A stretch of 64,000 nucleotides of DNA, from positions 9,485 to 73,484 of the forward strand of contig JAGAOQ010000021.1 of the NCBI GenBank assembly GCA_017623705.1, read 5' to 3'. The translations under genes and the position numbers were made by a program. Positions 55,369-64,000 of the stretch are shown piece after piece. Source of the stretch: Clostridia bacterium (GTDB lineage: Bacteria > Bacillota > Clostridia > Christensenellales > UBA1242). Below the pieces are notes generated by a model. That model worked only from the letters and a program-made list of their open reading frames with translations. It did no database searches and was not told the origin of the DNA. How positions within the stretch are numbered: position 1 is the first letter of the stretch; each line of letters begins with the position of its first letter.

Positions 55369-56103
55369 TTAATTTAAGAAGTTTGTGATTAACTTTGTCG
55401 CCGTCGTAAGATAGGTGGCAGGGTCGGTTAGGTAGTGCGTGCAAGCTGGATTTTCTTTGCGGTACCAAGTGCGTTGGCGTTTAATGAACTGCATGGTTTG
55501 GTGGTATAGTTCGTCATAGTATGTTGCCAAATCAATTTCGCCTTGTAAGTAACGTAAGTTCAAACGGTATTCTAAACCGAGTTTGTACAAGAAGTCGCTG
55601 TCCACACCCCGAGCTAGCAACTGGCGTGTTTCGTCAAACATACCTTGTTGGACACGGTCGATGTTACGTTGTTGGACTTTGGGAGCCAAAATTGTATTCG
55701 GCGGGACAAGACAAATTTGCAGTACGTCATAACGTGGTTGGTTGGGTTCGGTGTTAAACCCGTAGCCGTTGATAACTGCCCGAGAGTACAGTCCCGTGCC
55801 ACCGACTAACATCGGCAATTTGCCACGAGCAATAATTTGGTCAATCGTTGCATAGGCATCTCGTTGGAAGTCGCCGACGGAATAACGAGTATTTTGCGTC
55901 GGGTCAACGATGTCTAAACAATGGTGCGGTACGCCTTGCATTTCGGCAGGCGTAATTTTTGCTGTGCCTAAATCCAAACCTTGATAAACTTGGCGACTGT
56001 CCGCCGAGATAATTTCCGCATTAAACTGTTTGGCTAACAAAATCGAAAGAGCTGTTTTTCCGCTGGCGGTGAGTCCGCTAATGACGACAAGCTTGGGTTT
56101 CAT
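55369..56103 (-). CDS. miaA: tRNA dimethylallyltransferase (short form)
   Basis: Start moved to ATG 56103 (ATGA overlap with the lepB stop). ISGLTASGKTALS and ADSRQVYQGLDLGTAKIT. Confidence 0.85.
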   Translation of the reverse strand: MKPKLVVISGLTASGKTALSILLAKQFNAEIISADSRQVYQGLDLGTAKITPAEMQGVPHHCLDIVDPTQNTRYSVGDFQRDAYATIDQIIARGKLPMLVGGTGLYSRAVINGYGFNTEPNQPRYDVLQICLVPPNTILAPKVQQRNIDRVQQGMFDETRQLLARGVDSDFLYKLGLEYRLNLRYLQGEIDLATYYDELYHQTMQFIKRQRTWYRKENPACTHYLTDPATYLTTATKLITNFLN

Positions 56104-57014
56104 TTTTGCCATACCCAACCAAAACAAACGTAATACACAAATTTATCCCACAAGTATGCGGGCAAAGATGAATCGTTGCTAATCACGTCGACACATTGAC
56201 TGACGTAATTTGACGCTGGCAACGGTCCTAAATAAGTTGAATCCCAGCTGTGATTAAATTCGCTGTTGGCTGAGCCACGGTTGTCGCCCATTAAGAAATA
56301 ATGGTCTGCGGGAATGACTAACATGTAGCGACTGGTTTCGGTTGTGCCGTCGGTCGTCGCTGTGTTCGGGGCTAAACATGATGTGTAGTGTACCGATACC
56401 CAGTCATTCATGTCCGCATCGTTTTGGTTGTTAAGTACGTTCCACAACTGCACGTAGTTCATGGCACTCGGTTGAGCCACTAACGGGTCGAGATAGTTTT
56501 CGTCCAAACGTTCGTCGTTAAGGTACAGATAATAATTGTCGCCCGTTCGGGTCATGCTAATGCGGTCGCCTGCTTTGGCAATTAAGCGTTTAATGATGTA
56601 CATATAATCGCCACCTTCGTCGGCACGGTTATAAGTCTTTCGCAATTCATTTAACATGATTAAAGCTGTTTGGTCGCCTTGGTTGGCTTCACGGAGATAT
56701 TGGACGTAACGAGTATTTTTCAAATAGAGTTTACTGACAATAATATCGCCACGGTCAGGTTCGCCGAGAATACAAGTAATGGCACTGTCGGTATTTTCAC
56801 CGCTGGCATTCAAGGTGGTCATCATGGACGTCCCGATAATTGGGCACATGGCAAAAACCACACAAAAAGCAATCATCGCAATCGAAACCACGGTAACCAA
56901 AATTGTTCCGCAAATGGTGAGCTTGGTTAATACACGTGTCGTCGGTGAATCTTGGTGCAGACCTTTACCGTTAGTCGCTGCCACATATTCTTGCCCGACA
57001 AAATCTTTTGCCAT
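56100..57014 (-). CDS. lepB: signal peptidase I
   Basis: 304 aa. N-terminal TM helix, catalytic Ser box IGTSMMTTL, Lys box IKRLIAKAGDRI, GDNRGSANS. Confidence 0.8.
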   Translation of the reverse strand: MAKDFVGQEYVAATNGKGLHQDSPTTRVLTKLTICGTILVTVVSIAMIAFCVVFAMCPIIGTSMMTTLNASGENTDSAITCILGEPDRGDIIVSKLYLKNTRYVQYLREANQGDQTALIMLNELRKTYNRADEGGDYMYIIKRLIAKAGDRISMTRTGDNYYLYLNDERLDENYLDPLVAQPSAMNYVQLWNVLNNQNDADMNDWVSVHYTSCLAPNTATTDGTTETSRYMLVIPADHYFLMGDNRGSANSEFNHSWDSTYLGPLPASNYVSQCVDVISNDSSLPAYLWDKFVYYVCFGWVWQK

Positions 57015-57118
57015 AGTTTTATTATTATCGTCTTTGGCTTTTTTGTCAATATTTTAAGTATGTTCCACTTTTGGATTTATCTTTCGATTTGTCTTTCATT
57101 GTTGATTTATCGGTACTA

Positions 57119-57829
57119 CTAATTTTTGAGTGTATCTAACAATCCGCTACAATGGAACGAATAGTCGTTTTCGCCCGCAATAATAATGTGGTCTAAAAAC
57201 TTAATGCCGAGATTTTGGAACGTGGTGTACAAACGGCGTGTCAACTGCATATCTTCGACCGACGGACTCGGGTCGTCGTTCAAGTGGTTATGAGCAAGAA
57301 CGACTTGTGCCGTTTTGTTGGCTGTAACCACCGAAATAATTTCACGGACATTGATATGTACCATATCCAGTTCGTGATTCGTGATGTGATAAACTTTCTT
57401 GACTTTACCGCCCGTACCTAAACAAACCAGCACGAACTGTTCGACGGTGTAAGTCCGTAACAGTGGAGCAAGGTACTCGATAGCTTGTTCGGGTGTTTGA
57501 ATCTTCGCCCGATTCACAGTTTGTTGAGCAAGATATGTAGTGAACTGCTTTAAGAAATGTAAGAAGACTGCCGATTGCTCACCGATACCAAAAGCTTTGG
57601 CTAGGTCCGCAGGTTTAGCATCAATCACCGCTTGCAACGAGCCGAACTTGTTAATCAAACTGTGAGCGGCGGGGTTGGTATCTTGGCGTGGAATACAAAA
57701 ACCGAGAGCAAATTCTAACACTTCGTATTCATTGAAAGTGGCTAACCCGTTATCCAAAAAACGTGTCCGTAATTTCTTACGCCGACCACGATGAATTTGT
57801 TCATTCAAGTTATCTTTCGTGTGTTCCAT
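57119..57829 (-). CDS. radC: RadC-like JAB domain protein
   Basis: 236 aa. JAMM-type motif LAHNHLNDDPSPSVEDMQLT. Confidence 0.85.
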   Translation of the reverse strand: MEHTKDNLNEQIHRGRRKKLRTRFLDNGLATFNEYEVLEFALGFCIPRQDTNPAAHSLINKFGSLQAVIDAKPADLAKAFGIGEQSAVFLHFLKQFTTYLAQQTVNRAKIQTPEQAIEYLAPLLRTYTVEQFVLVCLGTGGKVKKVYHITNHELDMVHINVREIISVVTANKTAQVVLAHNHLNDDPSPSVEDMQLTRRLYTTFQNLGIKFLDHIIIAGENDYSFHCSGLLDTLKN

Positions 57830-57840
57830 GCTGTCCTTGT

Positions 57841-58062
57841 TTAGTTGTTGCTATTTTGCTTTTCGTACATTTTAATTTCATCTTTCAAGTCTTGAATTTC
57901 TTCTTGCATCGCAACATTATCGTCTTGTAGTTTGTTGATTTGTGTGTGGTAATGTGCAATGAAACCAAATTGAATCAAGAGTGTTACAATTAACACCGCA
58001 AAAGCTACCGTCGTAATTGTTACAACTAAACGTAAGCGTTTGAGTAAATCTTCCTTTTGCAT
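57841..58062 (-). CDS. FtsB/DivIC-like septum formation initiator (small TM coiled-coil protein)
   Basis: 73 aa. One TM helix followed by a heptad-rich segment (INKLQDDNVAMQEEIQDLKDEIKMYE). Confidence 0.55.
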   Translation of the reverse strand: MQKEDLLKRLRLVVTITTVAFAVLIVTLLIQFGFIAHYHTQINKLQDDNVAMQEEIQDLKDEIKMYEKQNSNN

Positions 58063-58068
58063 TGCAAT

Positions 58069-58077
58069 ATCATAACA
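58069..58077 (-). promoter_or_regulatory. extended -10 TGTTATGAT 6 nt upstream of the ATG at 58062
   Basis: The minus strand reads gtgttatgatattgcaATG. No SD sequence. Confidence 0.5.
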
Positions 58078-58118
58078 CTTCCAGCTATTTTTGGCAAAAC
58101 GAAAACATACAAATAACT

Positions 58119-58868
58119 ATGGCTTGGTATACCGCAATCTTTCTCGGTTTAGTGCAGGGGCTTGCCGAATTTTTGCCGATTTCGTCCAGCGGACATTTAC
58201 TTTTATTGCAAAGCTTTTTTGGTATCACCGACGGCGGTTTGTTACTTACATTATTGTTGCATCTCGCCACGTTGCTGGCTGTCGTCGTAGTTTATCACCG
58301 TCGCTTGTGGGACGTGCTGCGTCGCCCGTTTAGTGCGGAAACTTTGCAGTTAGGTGTGGCAACCATCATTACTTGCGGTATCGTGCTGGTCTTTCATGAC
58401 ATTATCGACAGTTTGTTTACCGTCCAAACTCTGCCGTATCTTTTTGTGGTGTGCGGAGTGTACTTGCTGTTACCAACGCTTTTTCGCCCACAAGCTAACC
58501 AACGTTTTTGGTGGCACGCCGTCGTCATGGGTGTTGCACAAGGCGTCGCTGTCGTGCCAGGGTTATCCCGCAGTGGACTAACCATTACCAGTGGACGGTT
58601 AGCAGGTATGACGGCAACGCAGTCCACCGACTTTTCGTTCTTGATGTCAATCCCGATTATTTTGGCGTCTTTGGTTTTTGAATTATTGCGTGGGGGCAGT
58701 GTGCAAGCTCTTGGTTTTGGGAACATTGTCTTGGCGTTTGTTACTGCCTTTCTGGCTGGTATCATGGCGATTAAGTTCATGCTTAAAGTAACCCGCAAGA
58801 TTGATTTGCGGTGGTTCGCCGTTTATTTGTTAGTCCTTGGTGTTGGTTTATGGTTTTGTCAAAGTTAA
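58119..58868 (+). CDS. uppP: undecaprenyl-diphosphate phosphatase
   Basis: Start moved to ATG 58119, which avoids overlapping the divergent gene. LGLVQGLAEFLPISSSGHL and PGLSRSG motifs. Confidence 0.85.
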   Translation: MAWYTAIFLGLVQGLAEFLPISSSGHLLLLQSFFGITDGGLLLTLLLHLATLLAVVVVYHRRLWDVLRRPFSAETLQLGVATIITCGIVLVFHDIIDSLFTVQTLPYLFVVCGVYLLLPTLFRPQANQRFWWHAVVMGVAQGVAVVPGLSRSGLTITSGRLAGMTATQSTDFSFLMSIPIILASLVFELLRGGSVQALGFGNIVLAFVTAFLAGIMAIKFMLKVTRKIDLRWFAVYLLVLGVGLWFCQS

Positions 58869-59282
58869 TTAAATTTGACGGGTAAAATCGGGCGTAGTTT
58901 TGGTATTAGTATTTGGTGTGGTGTTTTGTTGTGTACGAACAGGTGTTTTCAAATGTTTGAGTAAATCTTTGATGGAAGCTTTGCCCGTGCGTTTAGTTAG
59001 CCATTCCGCCGCAAAACGTTTGGCAATTTCGTCGGCGTTTAATCCCGTACTCAACGCAAGAATTTGCCAGTTCAACATGATGTACCCTAAATAGTCGACC
59101 ATTTGTTTTTGACGTTCTTCGCTGTAAGGGTGTTGGTTGAAGTTGATACCGTAAGCAATATCTGCGATGTCGCCCGCACTTTTGTTTAAGCCCAAACTTG
59201 CCATTAAGATTGCCGTCTTGGTCGGGATAGCTTCTTCTTCGATAAATTTTTCTGCAATTTCTTTAATTTTGTCGTTCATCAT
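58869..59282 (-). CDS. hypothetical all-helical protein (possibly MazG-like pyrophosphohydrolase fold)
   Basis: Start moved to ATGATG at 59282 with a GAGGAG RBS. The helical pattern is only weakly reminiscent of the MazG/dimeric dUTPase fold. Confidence 0.3.
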   Translation of the reverse strand: MMNDKIKEIAEKFIEEEAIPTKTAILMASLGLNKSAGDIADIAYGINFNQHPYSEERQKQMVDYLGYIMLNWQILALSTGLNADEIAKRFAAEWLTKRTGKASIKDLLKHLKTPVRTQQNTTPNTNTKTTPDFTRQI

Positions 59283-59289
59283 AATCTCC

Positions 59290-60036
59290 TCAATTTTTAT
59301 TAGTTTGGTTAAATTCAATCCCAAAGCAGAACGGAGCAAAGACTTCCTTGCCGGGTAAGTTTGCTGTTTGCATTTTAGCAACAAATTTTTTACGGTTAAA
59401 CTTTACGTCAACACGGTAAATATTGAAGTTATCGTCAATGCCGTAGTTATCGACCACATCAAACAAAGTGTAGAACGTATTGTCGGCTTTAACACAACCC
59501 GAACTACCTTGCAAAACGTACGAGTGTTTTTCTTCGTCGATAAGAATTTTACGTTTGTGTAAATGCCCGAAAAAGACGACGTCGCACTTTTTGTTTTTGA
59601 AGTACTTGCGTAAGTCTTTTTCGTTAAATTCTAATTGTGTATCAATTACTTTGCCGTTTTCGTCGTGGCAGTAGTGTGTGAACAAAATATTAAAACCTTT
59701 GTAAGTAATTTTACGTTCCAAAGGCATTTTGGCAATGTAAGCTAAATCATCACGGTCCAAAGTTGCAAACGTTGTTTCAATTAAATCTTTGTTAGCGTAG
59801 GTTTGAGCTGTCGCCGATTCATCATATTTGGTAATCCGTTGTTCGTGGTTGCCGAGTACGCACTTTACGTTGTGCTTGCGGAGTAAACGCAGACAACCAG
59901 CACTATCTGGTCCAAAGACAATCGCATCGCCTAAATAATAAATATCCGTAATCTTACGGTTACGTTTAATATCTTTCAAAATTGCTTCCAAAGCTTCTAA
60001 ATTGCCGTGAATATCACCAAAAACTGCAATCGCCAT
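59290..60036 (-). CDS. calcineurin-like metallophosphoesterase
   Basis: MAIAVFGDIHGN, LGDAIVFGPD, LGNHE, FGHLH. Confidence 0.8.
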   Translation of the reverse strand: MAIAVFGDIHGNLEALEAILKDIKRNRKITDIYYLGDAIVFGPDSAGCLRLLRKHNVKCVLGNHEQRITKYDESATAQTYANKDLIETTFATLDRDDLAYIAKMPLERKITYKGFNILFTHYCHDENGKVIDTQLEFNEKDLRKYFKNKKCDVVFFGHLHKRKILIDEEKHSYVLQGSSGCVKADNTFYTLFDVVDNYGIDDNFNIYRVDVKFNRKKFVAKMQTANLPGKEVFAPFCFGIEFNQTNKN

Positions 60037-60044
60037 AATTAGTA

Positions 60045-60698
60045 TTATAATGGCTTTTGTGTTTTTTTACAACTATAACGACTAAATAAATAAACGATGA
60101 CACCCAGTACCAAAGCACAACCGATAACAATCACATAATATAACGGGCGATTCGGGTAGACGTCCTTAAATTCAATCGGTGCGGTCGACGTCCATAAATA
60201 GATATAACTGCCGTCATCTTCGTTGTTTACAATCCAGTCGGTGTTGGCTTCGCTATGACGGTCTTCGGCAGTATAACCCACAATGTAAGTAAAATGACTG
60301 TTGGCAGGTAACAACTCAATCGGGTTGTAGAGCTGTTGTGTGTAATAAATTTTGAACGGACGCACAACCTTTTTCACCACCGACGGCGGAGTATTGCTAA
60401 GCGTCAAATCAACTGTGTAAGTATTGTCAGTAACTGCTTCCCGAATTTTTACGCCAACAATTTTCGGCGTATCCGTTTCATCGCCAGCTTGTTCCGCAAT
60501 GATACGTTCAATTTCTGCTTTCCAGTCCGTAATCATACTCGGGTCAAAGCTAGTCGGGTCTTTAATTTGTAAAAATACCGTCGCTTCGTGTGGTTCGTCT
60601 TGCGGGTAAGTTTGCGTAACATCATCATGAAAAGTACTGCACGCCGACAACAAGACAGCCACCAAAAATGTTAAAACCAAAGCACTAAATTTTTTCAT
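60045..60698 (-). CDS. lipoprotein with C-terminal TM anchor
   Basis: Signal peptide plus lipobox LLSAC-S. Hydrophobic helix near the C-terminus. Confidence 0.55.
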   Translation of the reverse strand: MKKFSALVLTFLVAVLLSACSTFHDDVTQTYPQDEPHEATVFLQIKDPTSFDPSMITDWKAEIERIIAEQAGDETDTPKIVGVKIREAVTDNTYTVDLTLSNTPPSVVKKVVRPFKIYYTQQLYNPIELLPANSHFTYIVGYTAEDRHSEANTDWIVNNEDDGSYIYLWTSTAPIEFKDVYPNRPLYYVIVIGCALVLGVIVYLFSRYSCKKTQKPL

Positions 60699-60737
60699 TT
60701 ATCCTATCAATATGGCAAGCTACGGGCAAAATGTCAA

Positions 60738-61193
60738 TTAGCGTAAAATTACATTACTTGAACGAGCTGAAATACGGTCGCCATCACTCAAAATCAAAGC
60801 CGTGTTGTGTGTATATTCTTGCACGTAGTCATTAACACGAATCGTAAATGATTTGTTGTTTTCGTCGGTCGCCAAAATTGTGTATTCACCGGGGCGTACC
60901 GTACCACGTTTAGAAACTACGTATTCAACACCAGCTTGTAAAACGGTATCATTTTTTTGTAAGTTCACACTTAAATTACGGCGAGATTTTTCTTTACGGG
61001 TCATAACAACTGCCAAGGTGATTGCCAAGATTAAGCAAAGTCCGCTAAAAATTCCCGCTACAATGATTAAGTAACGATTATCGCCCGAGAAGTCGATACC
61101 AGAATGCAAAGCAACCAACACGCCCGCAACTGTGCCCAAAGCCACGCATCCGCAAATCAAAAATAAATTTTTCAAAAATTTTATCATACTCAA
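60738..61193 (-). CDS. membrane protein, unknown function
   Basis: 151 aa. Two N-terminal TM helices, then a beta-rich C-terminal domain. Confidence 0.5.
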   Translation of the reverse strand: MSMIKFLKNLFLICGCVALGTVAGVLVALHSGIDFSGDNRYLIIVAGIFSGLCLILAITLAVVMTRKEKSRRNLSVNLQKNDTVLQAGVEYVVSKRGTVRPGEYTILATDENNKSFTIRVNDYVQEYTHNTALILSDGDRISARSSNVILR

Positions 61194-61226
61194 TTATAGC
61201 ACACTCCCGCCAAAATGCGAATAGAA

Positions 61227-62315
61227 TTATTTTTCAATTTCCATCGCTTGTGGCATGGTTGTTGTTTTGTGTGCGTAACTATTGATAATTGACTGGAAGT
61301 CGTCAACCATTTCGTGCCAATATGTATTCGGTACATAGTTTTTGGCTTTGAAATTTTGTAAGCTATTTTCCACACCTTTGCACAAAGCCCACGCCATCAT
61401 TTGCGATACGCAGTCGGCGTTCGGGGCGTAGTGCAGTGCGTTTTTGATTTTGGTCGGATTGATTTTCCAATCTTGATCACGTGCCGTGATGGCAATGTAA
61501 TGTTCGTCGTATTGACCATCGTAGGTATTAAGTAAGCGATTAGTGGTGATTTGAATACTTTCCGCAGTCGCCGTATTAAATGGTAAATTGGGTAGGATTG
61601 TTGGTTGAATAACTCGGTTAAGCCCGTTTAACGAACCCAGCTTATCACGATGTAAATGAATCCCGTCATTGTCTTGTTCCCCCGTGAAAGCTCCACCTTT
61701 TTTGAGTAACGCAAAATTTAGTTCACCCACGACTTCATCTTTTTTGCTAATCACACGAACACTAGGGATACGATTATAAAGCACGTTGAGCGGTGCATAA
61801 GCTACTTCCAATGTCGCATTGTTAATGGCATAAGCTTCGTTTTCGGTATATCCAAACAATAAAAGTTTTTCGTTCAAGTTATTGATAATACTTTGCAAAG
61901 CTTTATTCCCGGCACAAAAAGTAAAGAAGGTGATGAGGGACATGTTTTTCTTCGCTGTATTTATATCGAGCGGGTAACCATTTTTATCAATTAACAAAAG
62001 CAGTATGGCGTTTGCAATTTTATTGATTGCACTTTGGGACAGGTCGCCGTATTGACTATACTTAACCCCGACAATATCCACATGGTCGAGTTTATGATAA
62101 CCTTGTTTGGGTGCGAACATTAAGTCCAAATAATTTTCGACTTGTTTAGCAAAGGCATTAGCGTCCCTATTTGTTGTTGCGTAGTTTCCCGACAGGCATA
62201 AAACTGTTGGCTTAACAAATTTGAGATTATCCAAATCTAACAACTCCCAATGATGTGGAGCGTTCAAACTTCTTTTGCCGACTTCGACACCTAAGTGAGG
62301 ATAATTTGGATTCAT
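61227..62315 (-). CDS. hypothetical protein
   Basis: 362 aa. Long ORF with good coding character. No motif recognised. Confidence 0.5.
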   Translation of the reverse strand: MNPNYPHLGVEVGKRSLNAPHHWELLDLDNLKFVKPTVLCLSGNYATTNRDANAFAKQVENYLDLMFAPKQGYHKLDHVDIVGVKYSQYGDLSQSAINKIANAILLLLIDKNGYPLDINTAKKNMSLITFFTFCAGNKALQSIINNLNEKLLLFGYTENEAYAINNATLEVAYAPLNVLYNRIPSVRVISKKDEVVGELNFALLKKGGAFTGEQDNDGIHLHRDKLGSLNGLNRVIQPTILPNLPFNTATAESIQITTNRLLNTYDGQYDEHYIAITARDQDWKINPTKIKNALHYAPNADCVSQMMAWALCKGVENSLQNFKAKNYVPNTYWHEMVDDFQSIINSYAHKTTTMPQAMEIEK

Positions 62316-62482
62316 ATTTCAACGACAATTATAAACGAAAGCCAGCCGAGATTCAATAGTCTTAACAAAATTAAACGCAAAAAACCCGCCAAAATTTGGA
62401 CTAAGTTCTAGTTTGCATTGACAGGAATCAACTAAATATACGGTGTTAGAACTAAAAATTTTAATCAAAAACCAATAGTATA

Positions 62483-62491
62483 TGTTATACT
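62483..62491 (+). promoter_or_regulatory. extended -10 TGTTATACT
   Basis: 21 nt upstream of ATG 62513, with a CAGGAG RBS in between. Confidence 0.45.
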
Positions 62492-62512
62492 AAAAAACAG
62501 GAGAATGGTTTT

Positions 62513-63919
62513 ATGGTTAATCAGCTTTTGGAAAATTATATTATCAATAATATTTTGCCATTATACGAAAAAAACGATTTAGGTCATAATATTGTTCACA
62601 TCAAAGAAGTAATTAGAAGATGTTTTGTTTTGAATCAAACATTTCAATTAAACCTTGATGAGAATATGATTTATGCGATAGCTTCGTACCATGATTTGGG
62701 AAAGTATCTTGACCATGAGCAACATCATTTAATTGCTGGTCAAATGTTTTTTGAAGATAAAAATATGTCCAATTTTTTTAATGACGAACAACGCTTAATG
62801 ATTAAAGAAGCGATTGAGGATCATCGTTCGTCTAAGGAAGATAACCCACGGTCGCCTTATGGTAAACTGATATCGTCAGCAGATCGTAACACATCAATAG
62901 AAATTGTTTTCATTCGTAGCTTTTTTGTGGCACACGAAAGAATGCCCGAAATGAACATTGAAGATTATTTGGACTATACAATTAAAAGACTAGCGAAAAA
63001 GTACAGTGAAGATAATCCAGAAAATATGTTTTATGAAGATGGGGTTTATAAAAAATTTCTTGTCGATATGAGAAATCTCTTAAAGCAACCGGATAAATTT
63101 AAGGCAGAGTATTGCAAAATCAATCGAATCAAATCCAGAAAACATAAAGTTTGCGAAGAACCGGGGCGTATTGATTTAGTTAAACAGGATTATCAACCAA
63201 CAAAAAAATCGACATTCCAAAAAACAAATATCAATCACGAGAAAGATTTCCGCATGGATATTTTACTTGCAACCAATAACAAACATAAAATCGAGTTTAT
63301 TAAAATGGCTGCCAATGGATTAGGCATAAATTTCCATACCCCGAAAGAACTTGGTTTGCAACTTAATGTCGAGGAAAATGGAACGACGGCGGTTGAAAAT
63401 GCGATTATCAAAGCGGCGACACTAAGTCAGCTTAGTAGTATGCCGACTTTTGCTTGGGATATGGGTATGCACATTAAAAAACTACCTGAGAACCTCCAAC
63501 CCAATTTACATATCCGCAGACCATTTGGCAAAGAAGAATTATCAGATGCTGATATGGTTGAGTACTGGCGTCGTCTGGTGGCACAAAACTGCGAGAACGG
63601 AGAAAGTCCGGCACATTATTTTGACGGAGTCGCTTTAATTGACGGAAACAAACTGGTCAATAGTGCCAGTTTTGATGTAGGAACTTTTATTTTTACATCA
63701 ATTAAAAATGAAAATGGTATTCCTAAGTTCAATGCTTTTGATCAAGTTAGAAAAACATTGGATAACAAATATTTTTGTGATTTAACCGAAAAAGAAAACT
63801 TAAAATACGATTCTGAACGTACAAGACAAATTAAGAAATTTTTTCAAACTGCTTTGGTTAAAATCAATGCCTTAAACCAAACAGCAAAAGATAACAATAT
63901 GACTTGTGAAAAACTATAA
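62513..63919 (+). CDS. fusion of an HD-domain phosphohydrolase and a RdgB/HAM1-like (ITPase-fold) domain
   Basis: N-terminal part has HNIVHIKEV...ASYHDLGK...EDHR (HD pattern). C-terminal part has ILLATNNKHKIEF...VEENGTTAVENAIIKA (HAM1-like pattern). Confidence 0.55.
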   Translation: MVNQLLENYIINNILPLYEKNDLGHNIVHIKEVIRRCFVLNQTFQLNLDENMIYAIASYHDLGKYLDHEQHHLIAGQMFFEDKNMSNFFNDEQRLMIKEAIEDHRSSKEDNPRSPYGKLISSADRNTSIEIVFIRSFFVAHERMPEMNIEDYLDYTIKRLAKKYSEDNPENMFYEDGVYKKFLVDMRNLLKQPDKFKAEYCKINRIKSRKHKVCEEPGRIDLVKQDYQPTKKSTFQKTNINHEKDFRMDILLATNNKHKIEFIKMAANGLGINFHTPKELGLQLNVEENGTTAVENAIIKAATLSQLSSMPTFAWDMGMHIKKLPENLQPNLHIRRPFGKEELSDADMVEYWRRLVAQNCENGESPAHYFDGVALIDGNKLVNSASFDVGTFIFTSIKNENGIPKFNAFDQVRKTLDNKYFCDLTEKENLKYDSERTRQIKKFFQTALVKINALNQTAKDNNMTCEKL

Positions 63920-64000
63920 ATCGTAAATCTGTTATTTTTTACATCATTTACACTTGTTATCTTAAAAAAGAAAATAGTCTAACTTATCGCAGACTATTTC

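Noticed and set aside
58869-60036. Metallophosphoesterase plus possible MazG-like protein as a defence pair
   Set aside because: The MazG-like assignment is very weak. Both genes sit among conserved housekeeping genes and have normal base composition.
63972-63999. Hairpin aaatagtct-10 nt-agactattt at the window edge
   Set aside because: It is probably a terminator, but it is cut by the window end and cannot be assigned to a gene.
1-64000. CRISPR arrays, rRNA genes, IS elements with terminal inverted repeats
   Set aside because: Reading the intergenic regions revealed no regularly spaced direct repeats and no rRNA-like sequence. It also revealed no transposase (DDE) ORF. The only repeats found are those reported above.

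Overview
This is an origin-proximal chromosome segment from a low-GC, cell-walled, Firmicutes/Mollicutes-like bacterium that uses the standard genetic code (TGA is a stop). The core genes are dnaA-dnaN on the minus strand, facing rpmH-rnpA-yidC-jag-gyrB-gyrA-leuS on the plus strand. Gene orientation switches at about 45.95 kb, which fits a replication origin there. Other housekeeping genes are murB, tsaC, gltX, ybaB, dnaX, parA/parB with a cluster of variant parS palindromes, recF, mutM, serS, glyQS, gmk, pyk, miaA, lepB, radC and uppP.

There are two accessory regions. (1) 16.98-25.3 kb is an AT-rich island next to divergent tRNA-Ala and tRNA-Arg genes. It carries a four-gene R-M-like module: two DNA methyltransferases, a protein with degenerate LAGLIDADG-like motifs, and a small PD-(D/E)xK nuclease. 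It also carries a repeat-flanked element of about 4.4 kb with a rolling-circle HUH Rep, a large serine recombinase and a lipoprotein. The Rep 5' end sits in another reading frame across an A8 tract. (2) 25.3-37.7 kb holds surface and glycosylation genes plus the most interesting locus, at 27.6-33.7 kb. This operon encodes a sensor-like domain fused to a MoxR-like AAA+ ATPase, a degenerate AAA-like protein and an HExxH-metallopeptidase/VWA protein, followed by two separately promoted paralogs of the sensor-like domain.

Many first-in-operon genes appear to be leaderless, with a TATAAT box 5-8 nt upstream of the ATG. No CRISPR array or rRNA gene was seen. All functional calls come from motif recognition by eye. 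No database search was run.
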